In this document: positions 54,919 through 63,548 of the stretch, piece by piece
Numbering within the stretch: position 1 is the stretch's first letter
Layout: the number at the start of each line of letters is the position of its first letter
Origin: Clostridia bacterium
Lineage (GTDB): Bacteria; Bacillota; Clostridia; Oscillospirales; CAG-272
Reading direction: 5' to 3'
Length of the DNA stretch: 64,000 nucleotides
Assembly: GCA_017482055.1 (NCBI GenBank)
Contig: JAFUOH010000003.1
Span: 14,222 to 78,221, forward strand
Made by a program: the position numbers and the translations under genes
Notes under the pieces: generated by a model
Database searches by the model: none
What the model saw: only the letters and a program-made list of their open reading frames with translations
What the model was told of the DNA's origin: nothing

Positions 54919-55785
54919 TTAAATGAGCTTTCGGTATTGTCCGGGTGTAATACCGTTTATCCGTTTGAAGAAGGTATTGAAATAATACTCGTTGGCAAAA
55001 CCCAACTGTTCACTTACGGCCTTTAATGACAATGTTTTGTCACGGAGCAGCTCTTCGGCATATTTGATCTTTTGCTTGTGGATATATGCAAGCAATGTCA
55101 TACCCGTATGGAGTTTGAACAGACGTCCCAGGTATTTTTCGTTGAAGTGACATTGGCGTGAGACTTCGCGGCAGGTGAGCATACGGTCGCGGTTATCGAG
55201 AATGTACGTACAGGCACGTTTAATAGCGGCTTCGCTACCCGCGTTAATGTCAACAGACATACCGCAGTGCTCGTTTATGCCGATACTGCGGCAGATATCG
55301 CAGATCAGGTCAAATATCCGTGTGCGGATTATGGCATGAGACAACAACCCTCCATACTCCGCTTCGCGCAAAATGTCCTCAAAGCGCGAAAGCATCATAT
55401 CGGAAAGCGCAAACCGCACAGAGGGCTTTGCAGACAGCTCACCGTAAAGCTCACTTTCCGCATCGGGTAGAAATGTCAGACTCAACCGTGCGCAGTCGGC
55501 GGATAACACCGTGTGGTGGACACCCGGGGTGCTCAACAGACATTCGCCCTCGCAAAGCGCATATTTCGTGCCGTCTCCAATTAAGTAACCTGATTTTCCC
55601 GACAGAATAAAATGTACTTCAAAGAAAGTGTGATGATGTATATTTTTTGTGATAAACGCGGGACGCTCGTGAGCAAGATGACAGGACAGCCAGTTTATGC
55701 TGATGTGACAGGGCTCGGTGAGCTCGCCGATTTTGAGCCCCGTCAAAAGGCGGGCGCGGCGGGGCGTAAGTGATGGAAGCAGCAT
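54919..55785 (-). CDS. AraC family transcriptional regulator (cupin sensor + HTH)
   Basis: Start chosen at ATG 55785, which has a GGAGGA RBS. The C-terminal double HTH is YILDNRDRMLTCREVSRQCHFNEKYLGRLFK...FANEYYFNTFFKRINGITPGQYR. Confidence 0.85.
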   Translation of the reverse strand: MLLPSLTPRRARLLTGLKIGELTEPCHISINWLSCHLAHERPAFITKNIHHHTFFEVHFILSGKSGYLIGDGTKYALCEGECLLSTPGVHHTVLSADCARLSLTFLPDAESELYGELSAKPSVRFALSDMMLSRFEDILREAEYGGLLSHAIIRTRIFDLICDICRSIGINEHCGMSVDINAGSEAAIKRACTYILDNRDRMLTCREVSRQCHFNEKYLGRLFKLHTGMTLLAYIHKQKIKYAEELLRDKTLSLKAVSEQLGFANEYYFNTFFKRINGITPGQYRKLI

Positions 55786-56001
55786 TATGTATCCTCCAAT
55801 AGCGGGTATAGGTATATTATACATTATCAAATCAGGATTATCAAGTGTCAAGTGTCAAATTTATAAAATTTTGTATCCGATTTGAATTGTAAAGTACCGC
55901 GTTAAATGTTAAAATATTTCCACATATCTCACCTTTTTGCTTTCGGAAAGGTGAAAAAATTATAATTTCTGATCGGAAGTCAGAAAGGAATATTTAATAC
56001 C

Positions 56002-57405
56002 ATGAAAAAGCCCATGACCTGGAGCTACGCTCCCTACCGCTATCCCTTCGACAGCGTTGGTGATATCTACATCTGCCGCATCGTCCCTACCGACACCGAA
56101 ATAAGCTTCGATTTTCTTGACATCGGAGCCGCGGAGTACAGCGTATATTACCGTCTGCGCAGCATCGGAAAGTATACCCTCGCGGGTACCGTAAAGCCAA
56201 ATGTCACACGCGATGTCACGTACACTATCGGCGGACTTACTATAGGAAATGAGTACGAGTTCTACGTGGAGGCGGACGGAAAAAAGAGCCGTGTGCGCCT
56301 TGCCAAGTGCGGACACTTCGACTGCGAGTCCATAATAAACTATCTCCATCCCGACGATGAGGCTTATGCGTTTTCGGGACGCTATCTCTGCTCGCCGTCC
56401 ATAATTCACCATCCCGATGGGCATCTCTTATCTTCGATGGACGTTTTCGCGGGCAATCATCCGCAGAACCTTACACTCATCTACCGTTCCGATGACAACG
56501 GTAAGACCTGGCACTATGCCTGCGAGCTGTTTCCCTGCTTCTGGGGCAAGATGTTCATACACAAGGGCGAATTATATATGTTCGGCTGTTCCACCGAGTA
56601 TGGTGATATGCTGATCGGCAAGTCCACCGACGGCGGATATTCCTTCTGTGAGCCAACCATACTCTATCGCGGCAGCAACGGTAAGAACGGCAATGCGGGT
56701 ATGCACCGCAATCCCGAGCCTGTGGTGGAGCATTCGGGGCGTATCTGGAACACTGTGGAGTGGGGCACATGGTCAAAAGGATATCACGCGGTTATGGCAG
56801 TATCCGCGCCTGTGGACGCAGACCTGCTGGATTCACAGTCCTGGGAATTTTCCGAGCCTGTGAAGTATCGGGAGTGGGAGGGACTTCCCAAGGGCAAGAG
56901 CGCGGGCAACATCGAGGGGTGTCTCGTCATCGGACGTGACGGCAACCTCTATTCAATGATGCGCTATGATATGTCCAAGCTGACCCCAAATTACGGTCTT
57001 GCAATGCTGTATAAGATCAACACCAAAGACCCCGCAGCGCCCATGAGGTTTGTGAAGCCAATAAAATTCGAGGCAAACCACTCCAAATTCGAGGTGGCAT
57101 GGGACGAGGAGTAGGGTCACTACTGGTCGCTTGCCAGTCGCATAATTGATTCCGAGCACGCAAACGGATGCCGCAACCTGTTGTCGCTTATGAAGTCGCC
57201 CGATCTCGACAACTGGATGGTCGCAGCAGATATTCTCGATTACCTTGATTCTGATCCCAAGTACGTGGGCTTCCAGTACGTCGACTTCTTCATTGAGGGT
57301 GACGACATACTGTTCCAAAGCCGTACCGCTATCAACGGCGCCCACAATTTCCACGATGCCAATTACGCGACATTCCATGTGATAAGAGATTTCAGAAAGC
57401 TGTAA
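56002..57405 (+). pseudogene. BNR/Asp-box (sialidase-like beta-propeller) glycosidase gene interrupted by one in-frame TAG at 57112-57114
   Basis: ORF 56002-57114 carries Asp-boxes RSDDNGKTW and KSTDGGYSF. The same reading frame continues without another stop from 57115 to 57405 (GHYWSLASRI...NFHDANYATFHVIRDFRKL). The track's 57181-57405 ORF is in the identical frame. Confidence 0.7.
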
Positions 57406-57410
57406 ACAAA

Positions 57411-57441
57411 GATCTCCCGCGAGCCTGCTCGCGGGAGATTT
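57411..57441. terminator. Bidirectional terminator hairpin
   Basis: 13-bp stem atctcccgcgagc / gctcgcgggagat followed by a short T tract (tttt), between convergent genes. Confidence 0.75.
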
Positions 57442-57449
57442 TGCGTAAA

Positions 57450-58742
57450 TTAAAGATTGAATGCGATCTCGATGTCTTTTACTTCATCCGGTTTGATGTT
57501 GACGATCGCCTTACCGAGCACTGCGGTGTCGATAACGGACTTTGCGCTGTACTCCATGACCTCCAGGCGGTCAAAAGCGTTAAGCAGCGAGGTACCGCCG
57601 CAGATCACGCAGTCGTTTTCGATGATGCAGACCGGATTCTTAATGGAAATTTCATTTGCAAGCAGTGCGGGCTGCATGAAAGAGGAGCCGAAGGGAAACT
57701 TTCTTACATTTTTAAGGGCGATGTAGCTCTCGGGGATGAGGCGTGCATCGAACTTGCTGTCGGTGATGGCAAATGCCATGATGTGCGGAGGATGAGCGAC
57801 GATGATGCTTTGGATCTCGGGGTGCTTCTCGTATATTGCCATGTGGAGTCCCACCGAGCGGGAGGGATTCTTGCCGTGCTCCTTCATACCGTTCTCGATG
57901 CGCACAAGGTCAGCGGGCTCAAGATACTTTCTGTCCATCGCGTAGGGCGTGATGATGAACGAGCCGTCGGAAAGACGCTTTGAGAAGGTGCCTTGAGAGC
58001 TGGTGAACAGCTGATTGTCGTAGGCTCTGTGAATAAGATTACACATCTCGCGGCGGGTATCAAGCTCTTCGCTTGTATGTATGCGGGGAATGAATTCATC
58101 CATTGCAGGCGCGTTTTTCTGCTTGTAGATATCCATATGCTTTTCGGAGAGGGCGATAGGCTCCTTTCCGAGAGTGCGGGCGTTGATCTCCAGACGCGCA
58201 CAGTAGTCGAGGGTCTCGAATTTCATGAACGCATTGAAGAGATCGTCTGCACCGATGACCACGCCGTGGTTTTCCAGCATTACGGTGTTGACGCCGCCTG
58301 CAAATTCAGCCGCGATACGCTCGCCGAGCAGCTTGCTTCCGGGAAGTGCGTATTCAGCCATGGTGATGTCACCGCAAATAAACTTGGCGTGGGGAATGAT
58401 GGCGGTGTTGGGTATCTCACGTACGAGGCTGAAGCCAACAAGTGCCGGAGGATGCGCGTGCAGCACTGCCTTTAAGTCGGGACGTGCGGCGTATATCGCC
58501 AGATGGAAGGGATACTCAACCGAGGGCTTGTGAGGACCGACGATGGTGCCGTCGGGATATATCTGCATAATATCCTCGCGGCGAAGGGAGCCCTTGTCAA
58601 CTCCCGAGGGGCTGATCCACACAACGCCGTCGGGATCGCATATGGAAAGGTTGCCGCCCGAGGTGGTGGTCATTCCGTAGTTATATATACGGTTCATTAT
58701 CGTAACGATTCGGTCAGCGGGATGCATCATTTCAAAATTCAT
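57450..58742 (-). CDS. Tandem-domain class II aldolase/adducin-family protein
   Basis: Start chosen at ATG 58742 (MNFEMMHPADR), 8 nt after GGAGA. Two aldolase_II-like halves are present. The first has SVEYPFH and LHAHP. The second has SRSVGLH and IVAHP. Confidence 0.8.
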   Translation of the reverse strand: MNFEMMHPADRIVTIMNRIYNYGMTTTSGGNLSICDPDGVVWISPSGVDKGSLRREDIMQIYPDGTIVGPHKPSVEYPFHLAIYAARPDLKAVLHAHPPALVGFSLVREIPNTAIIPHAKFICGDITMAEYALPGSKLLGERIAAEFAGGVNTVMLENHGVVIGADDLFNAFMKFETLDYCARLEINARTLGKEPIALSEKHMDIYKQKNAPAMDEFIPRIHTSEELDTRREMCNLIHRAYDNQLFTSSQGTFSKRLSDGSFIITPYAMDRKYLEPADLVRIENGMKEHGKNPSRSVGLHMAIYEKHPEIQSIIVAHPPHIMAFAITDSKFDARLIPESYIALKNVRKFPFGSSFMQPALLANEISIKNPVCIIENDCVICGGTSLLNAFDRLEVMEYSAKSVIDTAVLGKAIVNIKPDEVKDIEIAFNL

Positions 58743-58787
58743 AATCATATCTCCGTTTATGTACATAGGTTTATCTTATGTAACTTA

Positions 58788-58817
58788 ATTATACAACAAT
58801 TGTTATATTTCTGTCAA
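58788..58817 (-). promoter_or_regulatory. Promoter of the aldolase gene with a palindrome in the spacer
   Basis: The minus strand reads TTGACA, an 18-nt spacer, then TATAAT. The spacer contains the 10-bp perfect palindrome aacaattgtt (58795-58804). Confidence 0.55.
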
Positions 58818-58969
58818 GCAATATTCTGCACAAATATCACACAGTAGTGCGGCATATATGTTTACTTTAACATCAAAAATGTTAATCAAGCTGCTTAATA
58901 ACATCAAATCGAACAAGCAAAAGGCGTATTGCACAATAAAGAGTGCGTGAATTTATCGAAATTGCCAAG

Positions 58970-60565
58970 CTACTTAAGCGGGATCCAAACGGTATAATCA
59001 TCGGCGGAGGCATAATCGCAAAGCTCAACATCGCACGCTGAAAATCCGAGCAGTGCGCCGTCTCGGGGAGCGGAGCGAATGAGAGGCAGTGTATCAAGAT
59101 TGAGCACGGAGCCTTCCTTTGCCGCGAGCAGGATACAGCCGTATGTAAGTGCCGCATATTCTTTGCCGGCAATATTTCCAAGCTCCACCGAAACGATATT
59201 TTCCAAGGTAAGCACGATCTCGGCGCTCGTCCCGGCAGTAAGCTGTATTATTATATAGCCATTGTCGGATTTGATGCTGTGTGGCTGACTGTTTACTGTG
59301 AGAGTTTTTGCTTCGGTGTTTTTAGGTATTCGCAGTTTTAACGTTTTTTGTTTTTTTGTTGTTACATTGAGGGCAATGATTGTATCGAATGGATATTCTG
59401 TGCGCATTTCGAGCTTTACGGCATCCGAATTATAGCTGAATGAGGTGTACAGCATGGGGATGACGGTATATTCGTCCTCAAAGCAAAGTATATCGCTCAT
59501 ATATGTGAAAAGAGTGAAGCCGCGATAACGGCAGCATTTATAGTAACCGTTCATTGCGCGCACCTTTTTGCCGAAATTGGGCTGGTAGTAAGCGAAATCG
59601 CTGCCATCCTCGGCGATTGACGCAAGGATATGGTTGTACAGAGTTTTGTCAATTGCATCAAGATATTTCTTATCCTGCGTGTGATAAAACAGAGAAAGTG
59701 AAAGCTCACACCAACCTACAGCGACACAGGTCTCGTTGGGGCGTGACTGCGCATCGAGAAGCATACACCCGCTGCCTCCCTCGGTAAATACCTCAAATAT
59801 AGTACCACAGCCTGTATTTCGTATCTGTGTGTCTGCGACCTGCTGCCAATATTTTTCGACAGAGGCTACGGTTGCCGTATCACCTGTTATATCCGCATAT
59901 TTTAGTAATCCCATGAGGATAACGAAATTTTCGATTCCTTTTTTGGAGCGGAGCTCCATAATACTGTCAAATTCAAAAAAATTCAGGTCAGAGCTTTTTA
60001 TGCTCTCGACAATGAAACTTATGTATCCAAGATGTTTTTCACTTTTTGTAATACTGTAAATTCCGCACAGCGGCGCAAGTATGGATATATGCTGCGTACC
60101 GTTATTTGGCGCGTCAAGTATGTCTGCACCGCCGATGAAATGCTCCATCACAAATTCAGCGCATTTTACTGCCGCATTCAGCGCCGCTTTTCTGCCTGTT
60201 GCGTGGTAATACGATGTTAAGCCGAGAATGGTGAAGGCTTGATTCCACACACTGAAATTTTTGTATTCCAGTCCACGTCGAAGACATCCGAGGTAACCGT
60301 CCTCGCGTTGGTTTTCAATTATGCTGTCCGCGACGATATTCGCATTGTGCAGTGCGTCGGGATTTCCGGTTGTACGGTATATTTTTGTACACAGATCAAG
60401 ATATTTGCCTGTGAATTCGGGCTCTGCGTAATTATCCGGATGCTCAATGCTTGCATATGTATCGGCATGAACGCGGGGATCCACGGTGTAAAGCAAAGTA
60501 TGCTCCACCTTTTTGGCATATTCGTAAAGCGTACCCGAAATAAGTTCAGCGGTTATATCATTCAT
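58970..60565 (-). CDS. Glycoside hydrolase family 127-like (beta-L-arabinofuranosidase/DUF1680-type) protein
   Basis: 531-aa ORF with an AAGGAG RBS. The N-terminal (alpha/alpha)6 region pattern (EFTGKYLDLC..., REDGYLGC, WNQAFTILGL, ETCVAVGW) resembles DUF1680/GH127. The family call is from memory only. Confidence 0.65.
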   Translation of the reverse strand: MNDITAELISGTLYEYAKKVEHTLLYTVDPRVHADTYASIEHPDNYAEPEFTGKYLDLCTKIYRTTGNPDALHNANIVADSIIENQREDGYLGCLRRGLEYKNFSVWNQAFTILGLTSYYHATGRKAALNAAVKCAEFVMEHFIGGADILDAPNNGTQHISILAPLCGIYSITKSEKHLGYISFIVESIKSSDLNFFEFDSIMELRSKKGIENFVILMGLLKYADITGDTATVASVEKYWQQVADTQIRNTGCGTIFEVFTEGGSGCMLLDAQSRPNETCVAVGWCELSLSLFYHTQDKKYLDAIDKTLYNHILASIAEDGSDFAYYQPNFGKKVRAMNGYYKCCRYRGFTLFTYMSDILCFEDEYTVIPMLYTSFSYNSDAVKLEMRTEYPFDTIIALNVTTKKQKTLKLRIPKNTEAKTLTVNSQPHSIKSDNGYIIIQLTAGTSAEIVLTLENIVSVELGNIAGKEYAALTYGCILLAAKEGSVLNLDTLPLIRSAPRDGALLGFSACDVELCDYASADDYTVWIPLK

Positions 60566-60636
60566 TTTTTGTCTCCTTTTTTGATTCTGCCGATTATATT
60601 ATACCCCATATTTATGATATAAATCAATATCAAGAT

Positions 60637-60697
60637 TGCAGATAATCTGCAGATACACGATATAAATATTGACATAATATATCATAAATGATATAAT
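60637..60697 (+). promoter_or_regulatory. rpiR promoter plus upstream palindrome
   Basis: TTGACA (60669-60674), a 17-nt spacer, then TATAAT (60692-60697). The palindrome tgcaga-taa-tctgca lies at 60637-60651. gatataaat-type direct repeats surround it. Confidence 0.55.
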
Positions 60698-60729
60698 ATA
60701 AATAAATTCCGGGAACGCGGAGGCGTGAT

Positions 60730-61596
60730 ATGATAAACTCGTTTTCCATAGTAAAACTCAAAAGCTTGAAAAATCGCTCGAATCTCGCTGAAGGACGATT
60801 GATCGACTATTTGACCGAGCACACATCCGAGGCTGCGGATATGACCATAAGCGTGCTGGCAGAGCGAGCGGATGTGAGCTACGCCACGGTTTGCCGACTT
60901 GTGAAACGACTCGGATTTGAGGGCTTCAAGGAATTTAAGCGGACGCTTCGTGAGGAGCTGTCCGAGGATGACAGAGGGATGGAGCAGCTTGACACCCGTA
61001 TGAGTAGGGAGAGATCGGTTACCGAGATCATCGGCAATGTATGCGGGCTTTCAATTTCGATAGCAAAAAGCTGTAAAAACACTGTCAGTCCCAAAGCGCT
61101 TGAAGAGGTAGCGGCAAAGATAAGCAACGCCGGATTCATATATTTTGTCGGCTTCGGCACTGCTGCCGTCACCGCTCATTACGCCTGTACAAAGCTGTTT
61201 CGCTTAAAAGTACCGTGTGCATATGACAGTGACATAATCATTGCCAAAATGAAGGTTTCACTGCTTAAAAAGGGGGATGCGCTTTTTGCCATATCCTCGT
61301 CGGGCAGAACCAGGGGCATTATAGAGCTTGCTAAGCCTGCAAAGGAAAGCGGTATCACAGTGGTATCTCTTTCGGATTTTGTGGGAACGCCGCTGTCGAA
61401 ATATTCGGATATATCATTCTGCACTACTGCCTGTGATTCGGGAAAATATGTGGATGAGGATTTCCCGCTGATCCAGGGGCAGATCAATATAATCGACATG
61501 ATCTACAACTGCTGCTTCAATTCTATTTCAGATTCGAGCTATGTGTTTGAAAAAACCAAGAGTACGGTCAGAAGCGAAAAGAGCATGGAAATATGA
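60730..61596 (+). CDS. MurR/RpiR family transcriptional regulator (HTH + SIS domain)
   Basis: 288-aa ORF with an N-terminal HTH (ISVLAERADVSYATVCRLVKRLGFEGFKEFK) and a SIS-like sugar-phosphate binding domain (FVGFGTAAVTAHY...AISSSGRT). Confidence 0.85.
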   Translation: MINSFSIVKLKSLKNRSNLAEGRLIDYLTEHTSEAADMTISVLAERADVSYATVCRLVKRLGFEGFKEFKRTLREELSEDDRGMEQLDTRMSRERSVTEIIGNVCGLSISIAKSCKNTVSPKALEEVAAKISNAGFIYFVGFGTAAVTAHYACTKLFRLKVPCAYDSDIIIAKMKVSLLKKGDALFAISSSGRTRGIIELAKPAKESGITVVSLSDFVGTPLSKYSDISFCTTACDSGKYVDEDFPLIQGQINIIDMIYNCCFNSISDSSYVFEKTKSTVRSEKSMEI

Positions 61597-61711
61597 GAAT
61601 GTAGAGAAATGAATAAATTTTTTTGGAAAAATACGATTTCCTCTTTATTTAATGCGAAATGTGTGATATAATGTTAGTATAATGCTATAAGTATGATCGC
61701 AGAGGATGTAT

Positions 61712-63325
61712 ATGAATAATAACCGTCAGCCAAATAACGGATGGCAGAACCGTCCAAACGGCAACAACGTTAATAATACACAAAATACACAGAGAGGTCA
61801 GCAGAGCGGTTCACGACAGAATGGGGCATATGCTCAGTCTCAGCAAAACAGGAACGCCGGCAGGCGTACTGCAGGGACGCAGAATAATCGTCCTCAGCAG
61901 CCTCGTCAGCAGACGCATTCTGCACAGTCGAGGCGTTCAGTCAACGGCTCGTCCATGAGCCGCATAACAAGCCAGACTCCCAATCAGCGCCGCTCTGAGC
62001 GTGACCGTGTAAAGCTCACTGCCGAGCAGATCGAGATAAACAGAGTTAATCGTCAAAGGGAAAAGTATTACATAAAAAAACGACGTTCGGCGCGTATCAA
62101 GACATATTTTTCGAGATTCGTGCTGTTCCTTGTGGTGTTTGCCGTAATGGCAGGACTCTGCGCCGCGCTGCTGTTTGTTGATCTTACCCGCGTGGATTCC
62201 ACAGATTCCTCGCGATACAGCTATGTTATCGGAGACGAGAAGTATTCGCTTCCCTATACCAAAGCCGTGCGCGGCGGACGTGTATATGTCAGCTTTACCG
62301 ATATCGCCGAGATGCTTGACCTTGCGGTGACGGGCTCGGTGGAGGATATGAAATATGTCATCAAGGGCGATGAGGCAGAGACTATTCGATTTGTTACCGA
62401 CTCTCGCGTTGTCTATGTGAACGATGTGGAAACAAGACTGGGTGCGGAGTGCTATTTTGAGGATGACGAGCTGTATGTGCCTGTGGATTTTGTCAGCACC
62501 TACTTTAAGGGACTGAGCACCACCGTGGATGAGCGTGCTCATAAGGTTACGGTGGAGCGCGAGATCACCAATCTTAATGAAAATGGTAAGCTCGATAAAA
62601 ATACAGAACCCGAGTACGCCGAGCTGTCATTTTTACTGCAGTCGCCCTTCGGACTGGATCCGCTTGACGAAGAAGAGGAAGCAATGGCAAGTCTGCCTGA
62701 TCTTGGGTTTGTCACCAATCTTACGGTGTACGAGGATTATATGAATCCCGGCAATACCACCGAGTTTTTGACACTTGTTAATATTAACAATAAGCTCGGC
62801 TCGGACTATACGCCGCAGGACCTTATGTCGGTGTCGGCGACCCGTGACGACGGCAGAGCCATGCAGCAGCTTCGCGAAAATGCGGCGATGGCGCTTGAAG
62901 CGCTGTTCCGTGAGATGAAGGCGGCAGGCTATGAGGACGTCACGGTGACCAGCGCATACCGAAGCTATGCTTATCAGGAATATCTGTACAATTATTATCT
63001 CGATATCTACAAGGATCCCGACTATGTGGCATCCATTTCGAATCCTCCGGGATCAAGCGAGCATCAGACGGGACTTGCACTGGATATGCACAATCTTGAC
63101 TCGGCAGATATTGCGTTCGGCAATACAGATGTCTTCAAGTGGTTAAAGGAAAACTGCTGGAAATTCGGTTTTATCCTGCGCTATCCGCAGGACAAGGTGG
63201 ATATCACGGGTATTTCATGGGAGCCATGGCACTACCGCTATGTGGGACGCTACCACGCACAGCGCATGTATCAGATGAACATGTGCCTTGAGGAGTATGT
63301 GGAATACATAGGCAGTGATAGTTGA
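61712..63325 (+). CDS. Membrane-anchored D-alanyl-D-alanine carboxypeptidase (VanY/M15B family) with an N/Q-rich cytoplasmic tail
   Basis: The ATG at 61712 lies 7 nt after AGAGG; the track's ATG at 61706 is too close to the RBS. A tail of about 100 aa rich in N, Q and R is followed by a TM helix (FVLFLVVFAVMAGLCAALLFV). The C-terminal VanY motifs are SAYRSYAYQ, SEHQTGLALD and EPWHYRYVG. Confidence 0.85.
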   Translation: MNNNRQPNNGWQNRPNGNNVNNTQNTQRGQQSGSRQNGAYAQSQQNRNAGRRTAGTQNNRPQQPRQQTHSAQSRRSVNGSSMSRITSQTPNQRRSERDRVKLTAEQIEINRVNRQREKYYIKKRRSARIKTYFSRFVLFLVVFAVMAGLCAALLFVDLTRVDSTDSSRYSYVIGDEKYSLPYTKAVRGGRVYVSFTDIAEMLDLAVTGSVEDMKYVIKGDEAETIRFVTDSRVVYVNDVETRLGAECYFEDDELYVPVDFVSTYFKGLSTTVDERAHKVTVEREITNLNENGKLDKNTEPEYAELSFLLQSPFGLDPLDEEEEAMASLPDLGFVTNLTVYEDYMNPGNTTEFLTLVNINNKLGSDYTPQDLMSVSATRDDGRAMQQLRENAAMALEALFREMKAAGYEDVTVTSAYRSYAYQEYLYNYYLDIYKDPDYVASISNPPGSSEHQTGLALDMHNLDSADIAFGNTDVFKWLKENCWKFGFILRYPQDKVDITGISWEPWHYRYVGRYHAQRMYQMNMCLEEYVEYIGSDS

Positions 63326-63462
63326 CGGTATTTTTGTCACGTAAAATGTTAACTGCGCAGAATGCTCACGATTTAGTCTGTTAAAATGTACACATAGCAC
63401 GGCAGGTTTTTGCCTCTTCGCTGTCAACGATTACGAATTTTTTGAAAAGAGCCGCGTTTCAC

Positions 63463-63491
63463 TTGACAAAATGCGGCTTTTTTCATATAAT
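63463..63491 (+). promoter_or_regulatory. Consensus sigma-A promoter for aspartate kinase
   Basis: TTGACA, a 17-nt spacer, then TATAAT, about 57 nt upstream of the GTG start. Confidence 0.6.
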
Positions 63492-63548
63492 ATATTATAT
63501 GTACATTTATTTCGACGATCAAATTCATAATAGATAGAGGTAATTAAC

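Noticed and set aside
57112-57114. TAG as pyrrolysine or a reassigned sense codon
   Set aside because: TAG terminates at least two other well-supported genes in the window: the ytvI-like gene at 15954-15956 and the U32-like gene at 8221-8223. No pyl genes are visible. A nonsense mutation or sequencing error is more parsimonious, though read-through cannot be excluded.
58882-59181. 99-aa minus-strand ORF spanning the GH127 3' end and intergenic DNA
   Set aside because: It overlaps the GH127-like gene in another frame and has no RBS or motifs.
63326-63548. Lysine riboswitch or T-box upstream of aspartate kinase
   Set aside because: The consensus promoter lies only ~57 nt from the GTG start. 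The short AT-rich leader has no L-box-like helices.
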